DNA of 63,764 nt, filler included, from Octopus bimaculoides (GCF_001194135.2; 7 parts of 6 records of this genome joined end to end with filler, not necessarily neighbours in it); one strand, 5' to 3'; positions 26,031-38,459 are shown, numbered from the whole stretch's first letter. The notes: a model not told the origin generated them from the sequence alone. Translations and numbers: made by a program.

Positions 26031-26114
26031 CTTCTATATTATACCTCTAATATTAAATAACTGTACTGAGCCTTTTTCGTAGATTTTGTACTTACATACA
26101 AGCATTCATTCATA

Positions 26115-26150
<36 letters not shown>

Positions 26151-26696
26151 ATATTTATATTTGATTGTTTATCATCTGAAAATGTTGACTCTGCTCTTTT
26201 TACACGTAGACATTTCTATATATTTTGCACATAAAAACCCAAGCCTTTATCTGTTTATTTGAATCGTTGTCTCTCTCTCTAAACATTTCTGTATGTAAGC
26301 TGCTTGCCTTGGTACATAATTAAGAAGTTTGTTTCGTAATCAATCGTTTCCGGACTGAATACAAAGTATTTTCGAGTAATGTCTTCTGGTAAAACCTTCG
26401 AATTGAACGACGGTTTATATGTAAAGTTCAGAGAACCTGCACGGTGGCATATTTTGCATGTGTATACTATGAGTTTATATATGTGTATGTATGGATGTCT
26501 ATGACGATGTTTCTCTGTTTCTCGGTGTATGTGTTTGCGTTGACGCCCTTCAAAACTGATAATCTTGGTTTATACCCCGTCAGCTAAGAGTTTCGCCAAA
26601 TAGAGAACGATAAGCGATTTAGAAAGAAGCAACGGGTTGATATGATGGACTGAAGCGCGGTGCCCAGGCATGGCCGCAGTCCATGGTTTATGTGTA

Positions 26697-26732
<36 letters not shown>

Positions 26733-27048
26733 TGCGTTTTTCAACCGGCTCGATTAACTTGTCATTGTTTGTTGTGTGTCTGTCGAACATGACACAACCA
26801 ATTGACAGATTAGCGGATTTGTCAATGTAGATAGGCTGTGGGGCAAATGTGTACACAGAAGAGTTGGGCGGGGTGGGGACTGAGGGACCGATCGCCTAAA
26901 TACACACAGACACATATAGGGGTAGATGGGTGGCGTAAGCAGGTGAGGGTGGCTGATTTCAAATTGGTTATGAATATTCAGCAAATATAAACAGGAAGAG
27001 TGTAAAAAAGCTGTTTGGTTCGTGAAAGCATGTGTACACACACACTCA

Positions 27049-27095
<47 letters not shown>

Positions 27096-27425
27096 ATATG
27101 TGTGTAAATAAATGCTTATCTATGTATTTGCGAGAAAAGAAGTGGGTTGTACATGCGTATATGCGTAGATGCTAACGCGTACACACGCATATACTCGCAT
27201 ATATATTTCTCTGTATGTATATGTGTGTGTGTTTTGTGTTTATGTGCGTACACGTATGTATGTTTATGTTTGTATCTACATGAGAATATCTGTTTGTGGG
27301 GTAGAAGAGGAGGAAGCGAAGGCGGGAGCGTAGACAATTTTCTTTTCTGACCCAGTCAGATCATATATGCATTTAATGGTGTGTGTATGATGTCTCAGAT
27401 CTGATGTGTGTATGTGTATATGTAT

Positions 27426-27463
<38 letters not shown>

Positions 27464-28299
27464 GTGTATATGCGCGTGAACGGGTATGTTATATGCGATC
27501 TTGCACCGACACATATGTTGTAACAAACTCAACCTCTCTGTTTATATCCGATTAGTGGCGGCAAACCGGAAGCTTTAACTCCGATGAACTCTTCATAAAA
27601 TATATCTGAACGTTACACCCTGTATTATTCTAAATCCAAAAAATACTCCGACTTCGCAATTTTGATACAAATTTGTTTTTCCTAGGTCTTTTTTTTATAA
27701 TTTAGCTGCACGTGGAACGTAATTTTAATGCTTGTTTCAAAGAATTATTGTTGTTATTATCTAATAAATAATTAAAATGGTACTAGGAATGGTGTTCTTT
27801 ACATATCTGCTGCATTTTCAGTTTTTATCTTCTGAATTCTTTAAATATTCTATAAAGTGTCTGGTTTATTTCTTTCTTTGTTTTCCGAGGTTTTCTTCTC
27901 TTTTTTTTCTGTCTAGTAATACATGTTGCTGTTTTTGTTATCATTTAATGCCAAGCCAGTCTTATCACCAGACGTTCCAGCTGTGATCATCCATGCTTCC
28001 GCCTCAAGCATATGTGTTTCTAGTACTTAAACGATGTCTTTCCCAGGGATAAACTGTGATTTTGGGAACGATTTGGTTGGCTGCTATTTCCAGCAGACAT
28101 AAAATTGCACCTTAGTTCGCTTAATCTAATAATATTCATTCGTTTCTTAGGCCCAATGCCAACTTTGAGAAGATCAAATGGTGGCGGCGACAACAGACTG
28201 AATTAGTCTTGCCTATGTTATTACTAGTACTTATTTTGTGCATCGACTCCACTCGTTCTTTCTCATGCATTTTTTCCGAAACTTTAATTCACACATTTT

Positions 28300-28440
28300 A
28301 AGCTAGTCTATAATTTTTAAGCAACTGACCCCGAATGGGAAGATCTGTAAACAGATCTCTGACTTGTTTTGGAGAATTTGTTGCAATTGCTTCCTCCAGA
28401 GTCATTTCCCAATGATGATCAGATTCGTCGCAAAAAGTCA
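28300..28440 (-). mobile_element. Helitron Rep/helicase fragment
   Basis: FCDESDHHWEMTLEEAIATNSPKQVRDLF resembles the Helitron motif L.DD.HW..TLEEA....SP.Q.R.LF; frameshifted afterwards. Confidence 0.6.
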
Positions 28441-28570
28441 CGTAAAAAAAAATCGCTGGAAACAATCGCAGTAATGAAAGCATAGGGATTCAAAATTTAG
28501 ATATATATATGTGTGTGTGTTTGTATGTATGTANNNNNNNNNNNNNNNNNNNNNNNNNNNNNNNNNNNNN

Positions 28571-28617
<47 letters not shown>

Positions 28618-28830
28618 CACACGCACATACACGTGCACACACGATAAATCCTTAAATGTACACTGAACAGCGATAACCAAAACAACGGCGTTCATATTTA
28701 TTCTTTATATGCTCCGTCAGATTCGAACGTGAATCTGCTAATCACTGTTGTGTTTCGTCACAAGGGAGTAACTTCTCCTTTACAGCGAATGTGCGTTCAA
28801 ACGGCACCCGATTCATTAGCGCAAGGGACT

Positions 28831-28876
28831 CTGCGATACTCGATGTTTCGACATCGTTGTTTCTCTTCAGCCACAG
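28831..28876 (-). ncRNA. Type I hammerhead-like ribozyme motif
   Basis: CTGTGG-CTGAAGA-GAAACAACGATGTC-GAAAC-ATCGA-GTA-TCGCAG; stem I of 6 bp with two G.U pairs, stem II with one mismatch, near-palindromic stem III. Confidence 0.5.
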
Positions 28877-29579
28877 GCATCCTGGTTTAATGAATCTAAC
28901 AAGAATTCGACGATCTTGTTTATAACTTAAGCAAACGCTGTTCACCGTGCATGTGGCGATTTATTATCGGTTGGAAGCTTCGTGTTACTCATTTTTGTTA
29001 TAAATAAACCAGGAAGTTCTTAAGGACGTTGCAGTGGCAGAAACGGAAGTGCCGGTCCAAATTCCCTATAATATTTAACTCCGTCTTCTATTGTCTTAGT
29101 TTAATCTTCCTGGGCTGAACTTTATTTACTTAGCATCAGAAATTGATCGTAATTAACGCGGGATTTTAATTTGCAGGCAATCGGAGAGAGTAGAGTAGAG
29201 GGGCAACGGTTCTGGGTGTGAGTTCTTGTATAGGGTACATTGTGTGTGTGTGTGTGTGTGCGTGTGTGTGTGCGTGCGTGTGTGTGTGTTGTACTCATGT
29301 TATGTGCATAAAAATGTGAACGACAATCATAGCCGACATTTTCTTTCTGTCTCCTCATCTCCTCCTCCTACACAAAACGTATAAATATATGCTGAGTAAA
29401 AGGAAAAAGATAGCGAGAACGATGACAGAGCAAACAGTTCAATGAGAATGCGAGGGAGTGGGAGGTTAATGGTAATAGGGGGAGGCTACACAAAGGGTGT
29501 CGGGAGGAGCGTTAAGTTGCAGTGGGATCTGAATAGAAGTCAGTGCGGATGCAGGAGAGAGAGAGAGAGAGAGTGAGGA

Positions 29580-29656
29580 CGTCGGAATTAGGCGCAAGCA
29601 TTGCAGTTGTTGCCAGAAGATGAACAAAACTGGAGAAAGAGAAAGAGAGAGGGAGG

Positions 29657-29689
<33 letters not shown>

Positions 29690-29690
29690 T

Positions 29691-29730
<40 letters not shown>

Positions 29731-29956
29731 TCGACTTTTGTTTTTGAAACTTTTTTTAATTTACTTTGGATTTTAAAAGAGTTCGGATTTTTTTATAGCC
29801 CTGGATCTTCCAAGTTACCTTCGACTAATTCGCCATCACACCAACGCTTTAGGGACTTCTACACACGTTTGGCGATATTGATTTTACCGTTTCCGAGATG
29901 AAGCTTCTTGATATACTTTCATATATTTATCTTTTCTAATCTTTTCTACTGTGTAG
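29580..29956 (+). other. Candidate non-coding first exon (start approximate)
   Basis: GA-rich, non-TE, UTR-like sequence ending in AG|GTAGGT; no sustained ORF. Confidence 0.3.
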
Positions 29957-30367
29957 GTAGGTGTATATTTGTGCGCACGCGTCTCTATATATTCGTGTGC
30001 CTGTGTGTACAAATATATTTTGCGCTTCATTTGCATGTACGTACGTATGTATGTATGTATGTATGTTTGTATGTATACGTCTCCATATTTGGTAGTGTGT
30101 CCTAATGCATCCTGTTATTGTATTTGTGTTGCTGCTCTTGGGGGAAAACTGACCGATTCTTATAAAAGACAATTAATAACAAATTCAGTTTCGCAGCGAA
30201 GAAAATGTATTGCGATATTTCGATAAGTTCCTTTACAATCCAAGTTCAAATCGCACCGGGGCCAACTTGAAATTTCACTCTCCAGGGCTATCAGTAAATT
30301 AAAAACTAAGATAACGATCGATCATACCACACTTCAGACTGTGTTCTTCTGCCTCGGAATTCACCAT

Positions 30368-30466
30368 TATTTATTAATCCATTTATTTATTTATTTATTA
30401 ATCCATTTATTTATTTATTTATTAATCCATTTATTTATTTATTTATTAATCCATTTATTTATTTAT
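30368..30466. repeat. About 24-bp AT-rich minisatellite (ATTTATTAATCCATTTATTTATTT)
   Basis: Direct reading. Confidence 0.85.
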
Positions 30467-30599
30467 TCGTAGTTCGTGATTTCTTTTATTTAAAACGATC
30501 TTTTTCTTGAATCCATCGATTTTTATAGCCATTGTGTTATTTCCGCGCCAGTTTTGCTTTCCTCTCGGGACTAAATATATTTATCCCTCACAAGGTGAA

Positions 30600-30905
30600 T
30601 TTATTATTATTATTATTATTATCATTATTATTAGTATTATTATTATTATTATTCAGGTCACTGCCTGGAATCGAACTCGGAATCTTGGGGTTAGTAGCCC
30701 GCGCTCTTAACCACTGAGTAATAATAATAATAATAATAATAATAATGATAATAATAATAACAACATCGAAAAATACCTTTGGGATGAGAACCCAGGTTCG
30801 AAATTTCCCCAAGACACCTGATGAAGGGTGGAGGGTATATCAACCGAAACGTTGTGTTAACAACAAACAAGATGAGGACAAATATCCGTCAAATGTAAAT
30901 AATGT
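30600..30905 (+). mobile_element. tRNA-headed hammerhead SINE, copy 1 with inverted 5' half
   Basis: (TTA)n plus reverse-complemented tRNA-like head (30654-30718), then (TAA)n and the same 3' module as 50960-51100. Confidence 0.85.
30813..30858 (+). ncRNA. Minimal type I hammerhead ribozyme (Penelope-type)
   Basis: GACAC-CTGATGA-A-GGGTGGAGGGTATATCAACC-GAAAC-GTT-GTGTT; stem II carries a mismatch. Confidence 0.7.
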
Positions 30906-31261
30906 GAAAGATATTATTGGTCTCACTTTACCTTTCATGCTTTGGGGGNNNNNNNNNNNNNNNNNNNNNNNNNNNNNNNNNNNNNNNNNNNNTTAATTAA
31001 TTAANNNNNNNNNNNNNNNNNNNNNNNNNNNNNNNNNNNNNNNNNNNNTATGAGAAGAAGAAGAAAGGAAAATGGAGATTAAGAAGTTAATTGTATATTA
31101 TTAACAGCAAATTGGTCATCTTCGCTTCTTACAACCGTTTCAATTAATACTCAATAATTTAATTACAAATTTGTACATTAAATTTACATTTATGTGACAT
31201 GAGTATAATTTCATCAGAAGAAAAAAGATGTTCCATTGGATGTTATATGTGGGCTTATCAG

Positions 31262-31411
31262 TTCATTTTTTGCTGAATCACCAAGTTACAGGGACGTAAA
31301 CACACCAACACCGGTTGTCAAGTGGTGGTGGGTGGCAAACACAGACACAGACACACACGTGTATATACATACAAACACACACACACACATGTGTGTATAT
31401 ATATATACATA

Positions 31412-31505
<94 letters not shown>

Positions 31506-31720
31506 CACACACACACACACACACATGGTGGTGTTCAAGCATGATCGCAGCCGCATGACTGAAACGAATAAAAGGATATATACGACGAGTTTCTTTCAGT
31601 TTCCGTCTCCCAGATCCACTCACATGGTTTTGGTTGACACTTGCCCAAGGTGCCACGCAGCGGGACTGAATCTGGAACCACGCGGATGGAAAGCGAGCTT
31701 CTTACCACAGAGCCACGCTA
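31262..31720 (-). mobile_element. SINE family B with expanded internal microsatellite
   Basis: Head at 31575-31720 and body at 31262-31340 flank (CA)/(TA)/(TATG) repeats. Confidence 0.85.
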
Positions 31721-31810
31721 TATATAACGAAAGCCCCAATATTAGACTATTTTCTTTAGTCAATACACGGTGATCACTTAAAAGATTTAAGCTAATAAAA
31801 TATTTATTAC

Positions 31811-31879
<69 letters not shown>

Positions 31880-32163
31880 CATCATCATCATTATTATTAT
31901 ATATATATAAAGACTCAAACAGAAGCTCACTGTTTAAAAATTGGACTTAAATCTCAGTGTCAATATTAAAAAAGCAATAATAAACAGGATGTCAGATATG
32001 GATGACGTCAATTGACGGGGAAACATGATGACTACTTTAAGAATTTCTTATTAGTAGCTATTTGACCAGCAATAAAAAAAAAGGAGAACAAAAAACAATG
32101 GACACAACTTGNNNNNNNNNNNNNNNNNNNNNNNNNNNNNNNNNNNNNNNNNNNNNNNNNNNN

Positions 32164-32223
<60 letters not shown>

Positions 32224-33217
32224 ATGTCCCTCACCGCTTGATAATCAGTGTTGCTTTGTTCACGTCCCTGTAAGCTAGCGATTCAATAGAATGGATTGAC
32301 AGGCTTAAATTTAAACGCTAGTGACTTGATCAAGTAAATTCTTCATGGTGGTACTCCAGGATGGCCACTGCCCCGTGACTGAAACAATTAAAAGAGGTGG
32401 ATGATCTTTTGTGTTTGCACTTTTTGAAATTTTAAAAGTGAAAATTTTCATATTACCCCAAATTTTCTAACTTTAGAAGCTATCAACTCTTTATTGATTG
32501 ATTTATGGTGAAGATGAATTTCATGTCCATAATTGCCATACAAAACTACATTAATACACCAAATACAAAATCAATTGGAACATAGAAAGAAATTGAAAAG
32601 TGGCAGCCAAAGTGAAAATATCCGAGGAGAAAGCTAAAGGCTGACTATTCTATTTATAACAGCCTATTTTATTAAACAACACTTCACTCAATGGATTAGG
32701 GGAAATGAAATATAGAACAATCAGTAAACTCAACAATTGGTAAAGTCTGGAAATAGAAATGACAACTCTTTTCAAGAAAAAAGCCCAGACGTTATTTCTC
32801 ATATAATGGAGGGTTAAGATTTCCTCAAGGCGAATACATTTATTGACAAGGCTCAGAGGTCGAAATACACCCGGTATTCCAGTGAGTCACTAACAGAATG
32901 TTTCCTGTTTTTATTATTTTTTTTGTTATCTCGATCAGTATGGTACAAGTGTGTCAAGGTTGTATGTTTTGAGATTTCCTCAACAACCCAGTTTCATTCG
33001 CAAGATATGCGTCAACCCAAAGTTATAGAAAATGGCATTTGTCCAAGATGTCTTTTAGTGGGATCAGACATGGAACCTCGCTGTTGCAAAAGTGGATGTT
33101 TTAACCTCTCAGCCAAGCCTGCATCTATTGTTTGAAATTAGTTTCAGATTTTGGCGAAAAAGCCAGCAGTTTTGTGAAAGGAACTAAGTCAATTACCTGG
33201 ATTTCAGTGCTTAACTG

Positions 33218-33992
33218 CAAACCTGGGCACCAAACCGTTAATCCGTTAATCGTTAATTAACGAAGTTAACATTGTCATTAACGATTTAACTCTAATGTTA
33301 ACTTTGGAAATCACTATCGGACTAATTATCTTCCGTTAATCAGCTAATTCTTTAAAAATGTAACGGAAGTCATCGATAAACCGTTAACGTTAATTTTTAT
33401 AACAGAAAAAAAGAACTAATTTTTGCTCTAAAACCACTTAAAACCACTTTTAAAAAGTGTCAAAACTATAAAATCAGCTTTTTTTTTAGGGGGGGGGGCT
33501 ATTTAAAGGCTCTAGAACCCCAAAACTTTAGAGTAAAAAAATGCTGATTTTATAGTTTTAACTTTTAAAAGACCTTAAAAAAGCTGATTTCATAGTCTTG
33601 GTCCTTTTAAAGTTTTTAAAGGCTTTTAGAGCCAGAAAAGGGTAAAAAGAGTAAAGTGTTCAAGAAGCCCTACAAGGCTGCCATGGCCAAGGCACCTTGC
33701 CCTCTGGAACCAGCAATACCGCAGCATTGTGGCAGCAGACAACATCTACGCTGAGGGGGAGAGGAGGCTGGTTGTCCCCAACACGATGAGGTGAAACTTC
33801 ACCTGTGACTCTGTGGTAGTCCTCAACACCATCCTGGAGACTAAAAAGCCTGTTCTCCACATAATCTTGACCAGTTGAATGTTAACAGCTTCAACGACCA
33901 GGATGTCGACTTAATGAAGGAGTATGCCAAGGTAATAAATTAATAATAAAATATTATATTATATTATTATGATATACATGTATACTACTATA

Positions 33993-34078
<86 letters not shown>

Positions 34079-34971
34079 ATCTATATATATCATACTTTAG
34101 ATCTAAGGGAAGGAACAAGCTTTCTTTGGGATTCTCCTGCCAACAGTTGCTGCGACGATCTTTAGGCTCAAGGACTTGAAGTCCAAGGGCCTCGTCTACT
34201 GCAGCTCGTTGGTCGACGCACTTTTGGTAGGCATCTACAAAAGGTTTAGGACTCTCTTGGAGGATGAGGAATATCAGCAGGTTGCTACCTCTCACCCCAG
34301 GTTTCGTCTCATCTGGTTGGATAGGTATGACAACACCGAGGTCACCAAGGCGAGAAAAAGCATGGAGGGTAAGGCAGAGGAGGCCATGAGGCAGCAGTCT
34401 GCAACAGTGGACGCAGCAATATCGAAGAGGAGGATGACTTTGTTAGTGGTGTCACCAGCCATAAGAGAGCAGCAGGAGCCACAGGTTACTCAAGGACAAG
34501 GCCCAGAATTTGGTCAAGACCTGGCTGGAGACCAACTCCAAGGACTTGCAGACAGATGCTGTCTTCTTGGGTGGACAAGTGTTGGTGGACTTGCTCATCA
34601 AGTTCAGCAAAGCCACCCCTCCATTGCTGCAGTGGAGCGTTTGTTCTCTATGGGCAAGGACAGCATGTGGGCCAAGAGATCATCCCTGTCTGATGAAAAC
34701 TTTGATATGCTAATTTTCATGAAGGGCAACATGCTTTTCATGAACAAAATACAGAACGAGAAGACGAAAAATTAAATTATACATCGTGTTTTTCATATTT
34801 TTTATTTTATTTTTTTTTTTACGGCCACTTTGTTAATAAACTTTTTTAATTCGATACTAATATTGTATTTCATGTCAGTTTTCTTTTACATTTCTCTGGC
34901 TCTAAAAGCCTTTAAAAACCTTTAAAAGGGGCCAGAACTATGAAATCAGCCATTTTTTTTTTAGGTATTTT
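33218..34971 (+). mobile_element. hAT DNA transposon, internally deleted; right terminus lost in gap
   Basis: Begins CAAACCTGGGCACC inside a family A SINE; subterminal CCGTTAA repeats; about 60-bp inner inverted repeats (33580-33642 vs 34892-34952); transposase remnant. Confidence 0.85.
33660..34775 (+). pseudogene. hAT transposase C-terminal half
   Basis: RRLVVPNTMR*NF (TRWNS motif), DLMKEYAK|GT intron-like AT/(TATC)n insert, GKEQAFFGILLPTV, ATSHPRFRL (HPRFK), and SIAAVERLFS...RSSLSDENFDMLIFMKGN dimerisation domain; several frameshifts. Confidence 0.9.
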
Positions 34972-35540
34972 NNNNNNNNNNNNNNNNNNNNNNNNNNNNN
35001 NNNNNNNNNNNNNNNTTAATTAATTAANNNNNNNNNNNNNNNNNNNNNNNNNNNNNNNNNNNNNNNNNNNNGACTATTTTCCATTAGCTATTAAATTATT
35101 AGATTATTTTCCTTTAGGCTTATAAAAAAAGATACCATTATTATTATTTACAGAATTGTAAAACTCGATACCTCTTAACAAGACCATTCGCACCGAAAGC
35201 ATATATATGTGTGTGTGTATGTGTGTGTGTGTGTGTGTATGTGTGTGTGTGTGTGTATGTGTGTCTGTGCCCCCCCCCCAACATCGATGCTGGTGTGTTT
35301 ACGTCCCCGTTATCTAGCGATTCGGCAAAAGAGAGCAATAAAATAAGAATTAGGCTTAAAAAGAATAAGTCCTGAGATCGATTCGTTCGACTAAAGGCTG
35401 TGCTCCAGCATGGCCACAGTCAAATGACTGAAACAAGTAAAAGAATACATATATATCTACTACATATGTGGAAAATTGTCATGTGTTTGTGGCGTTGTTT
35501 GCTAACTCTTCCTACATCAATTTATTGATTTTGATGAAAA

Positions 35541-35975
35541 TTGACAGGTGAGTAGAACTCATGTCTGGAAACCTCGTGACATACTTAGATTGTTGAAAAA
35601 ATCGATAATATGGTCCCTGGAATGGACCTTTATATCTACTTCATATAAGTAATTCTTTTTAAACACCCAAGGGAAATAAACCATAGCATCTGTACAATAT
35701 TTTTTAAACACTCAGGGGAAATAACCCATTTCATTATTTATGTTCGATTACTTGAAATATTGATTTTGTTTGTGTGTCCTATTTCTAATTTTCGCAAACA
35801 ATATCACTTTTATACTTTATTTGACACGTGAGTAGAACTCATGCCTGGAAACCTCATGACATACTTAGATTGTTGAAAAAAATGGATAATAGAGCCCTTC
35901 CAATGGTTCCTTCTATCTACCACATATTACGAATATTTTATTTAAACAACCCAAGGGAAATAACCCATACCACCT
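35541..35975. repeat. Imperfect direct repeat of about 150 bp (35541-35690 and 35821-35975), unclassified element
   Basis: TTGACA.GTGAGTAGAACTCATG.CTGGAAACCTC.TGACATACTTAGATTGTTGAAAAAA occurs twice. Confidence 0.8.
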
Positions 35976-36121
35976 GCAGATTTTAGCGATTTTTACGATC
36001 AGCTAACCTAATTTTGCATTTCACGACTCAGTTTTGAACTGCTAAACATTATTATTGCACTTCCTTAATTTGAATCTTAAACCTTAAAGACTTCATTTAT
36101 ACATTTCTATACATACATACA

Positions 36122-36563
36122 TTTTTGAGTTCCGCCGTGAATTTCATACTGTGTGGCGACCATAGATGGGAGCAGTAGTCCAAACGGCTAAGGACTTATG
36201 CCTTCCAAATGACCATCATAGTTTCATTTTCTCTAGTTTTGGAAGTTCGGAGGATCCAACCAGCCGTCTGCATTTTATTACCAAATTAGTAATATGTACC
36301 TGGAAAGATGCCGCATTACTCATGTCAGTACCCAGGGCACACACTGATGTTGACTAAAGAATTGCAACACCCCCCGAGCTAGTGTATCCTGTCTGCATGT
36401 CGTTCAGCTTTGGGTACTGGATGCGCAGGGCATGGAATTTTCCTGCATTAAACTGCGTGTTGTTGTCCTTAGCCCATCTGTATATTGCGTGCATCTCCTG
36501 TTGCAGACGCGCAATATTTCCTGGATTTCGTATTGTTTGAGAGACTTTTGTGTCATCTGCATA
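36122..36563 (-). mobile_element. CR1-like LINE reverse transcriptase fragment
   Basis: YADDTKVSQTI...AIYRWAKDNNTQFNAGKF...ILRTSKTRENETMMVIWKA*VLSRLDYCSHLWSP. Confidence 0.9.
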
Positions 36564-36587
36564 TATACATATATACATATGCACACA

Positions 36588-36638
<51 letters not shown>

Positions 36639-36750
36639 TACTAATATATACTTTTGTTATTTACACCACCTGTCCTCGTCTGTTGTTATTATTTGTATAT
36701 TCTCCCATATATATATATATATTATATACATACGTACATATATACATATG

Positions 36751-36791
<41 letters not shown>

Positions 36792-37032
36792 ACGTATGTA
36801 TATAAATGTATGTATGTATGTATATATGTATACATACATATATATAGAAATAGTTTCACTTTTGAATAACTCTTGCAAGCAACATTTCTCCCTGTTTATC
36901 ATTGTCGCTGTTTTATTCAACTTTCGAAATAAACACATCGTCAATGCTGAACTGTTTTTATGATGTTTATTTATAAACACCAGTGACTCTTCTTGTAAAA
37001 CCGAGTCTGTTGATAAAAGTGAAATTGTACTG

Positions 37033-37119
37033 TTAAATTTTGATAAAATTTTGATTAAATTTTGATAAAAGTTTGATAAATGTTAAATTTTGATAAAAGT
37101 TTGATAAAAGTTAAATTTT
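37033..37119. repeat. Degenerate (TTTGATAAAA)-type minisatellite
   Basis: Direct reading. Confidence 0.8.
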
Positions 37120-37709
37120 ACAAATATTGTAAATACTGTATTACTTTTTATCCTATCTTCTATTGTGTTCTATGTATTTTTTTTTCTTTGTTTGGAATTT
37201 TGACATTAATACTGCTACCAACATTGACTTAGCATTGAAAATATTTTAACTGCTATATAATAGAAAAGTAAATTTACTATCTGAACGATTAATCTTCTCA
37301 ATTTATTGCCTAAACATATATGTAAATGAATTGTATTTGACAGTCATTAATGAAAATTAGCTGTTAACTGAATCAAAACGGAGAAATAGTAATATATTTT
37401 GACATACATAGTTTGCATTAAATAGTTGTACCGAAATGGAGCAAAATCAAACCACTTTATATATTGCCTCAGGGCTAGAATGTGTACTAAAAAATTCGGG
37501 TTACAAATTCCAATTATCAATACCTGATGTGATGGAGATAAGGTTAGTCACTCCAGAAAATACATACAATATTAGGACAACAGCAAAATGTAAGATATTA
37601 CTAAGGCATAGGTGTGTGGCTCACAGCAACGCTTCACAACTATTTGATTTTTTGAGTTCGATTCCATTATGTACCACAAAATAAAACGATATTTCTTCGT
37701 TGTTTCCAG

Positions 37710-37758
37710 TTGAGCGGAGTTTGGTTGGCGGCGCGGCGACTGTGTGATGGCTTGTCGT
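37710..37758 (+). other. Candidate 49-nt exon (5' UTR plus ATG GCT TGT CGT), duplicated at 38316-38364
   Basis: TTCTTCGTTGTTTCCAG acceptor, GC-rich body, GTG-ATG-G start context and GTATGT donor. Confidence 0.35.
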
Positions 37759-37799
37759 GTATGTGTGAGAGTGTGTGTGTGTGTATATATATACATATT

Positions 37800-37970
37800 A
37801 AGGACATATTATTGTAACTACATTTAAACACTCCAAGTGGGAAGGAAGAATACAAAAAACTATTTTGACTTAGCCAGGCTAGTCTGTTTGGTCTGGCTAA
37901 GTCAAAATAGTTTTTTGTATTCTTCCTTCCCACTTGGAGTGTTTAAATATAGTTACAATAATATGTCCTT
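37800..37970. repeat. Near-perfect foldback (78-bp arms, 15-nt spacer), MITE-like or inverted duplication
   Basis: 37800-37877 vs the reverse complement of 37893-37970 differ at one position by eye; no TSD seen. Confidence 0.92.
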
Positions 37971-38459
37971 CTACTGAAATGAAATTTCAGTAAATTTTCT
38001 GTATCTTTGTGCAGCTGAAGATTGCTCTGCATTTTACATTTAATGTAATGCTCACATTGCTTAAATAAATGTAGTCGCATGAAACGATCGTACTGCATTA
38101 ACCTCGAATACCCTTGTTGCTTATTTTNNNNNNNNNNNNNNNNNNNNNNNNNNNNNNNNNNNNNNNNNNNNNNNNNNNNNNNNNNNNNNNNNNNNNNNNN
38201 NNNNNNNNNNNNNNNNNNNNNNNNNNNNNNNNNNNNNNNNNNNNNNNNNNNNNNNNNNNNNNNNNNNNNNNNNNNNNNNNNNNNNNNNNAAACGATATTT
38301 CTTCGTTGTTTCCAGTTGAGCGGAGTTTGGTTGGCGGCGCGGCGACTGTGTGATGGCTTGTCGTGTATGTGTGAGAGTGTGTGTGTGTGTATATATATAC
38401 ATACATAACAATATTCATTCTGACACATGCATGCACACACTTATATATATCTACAGAGA

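Noticed and set aside
30654-30718. tRNA gene calls at SINE heads (also 50831, 48330-48390)
   Set aside because: No acceptor stem or full cloverleaf; each continues into a SINE body.
21619-37119. CRISPR-like arrays among the short tandem repeats
   Set aside because: The units are contiguous with no unique spacers, there are no cas genes, and the context is eukaryotic.
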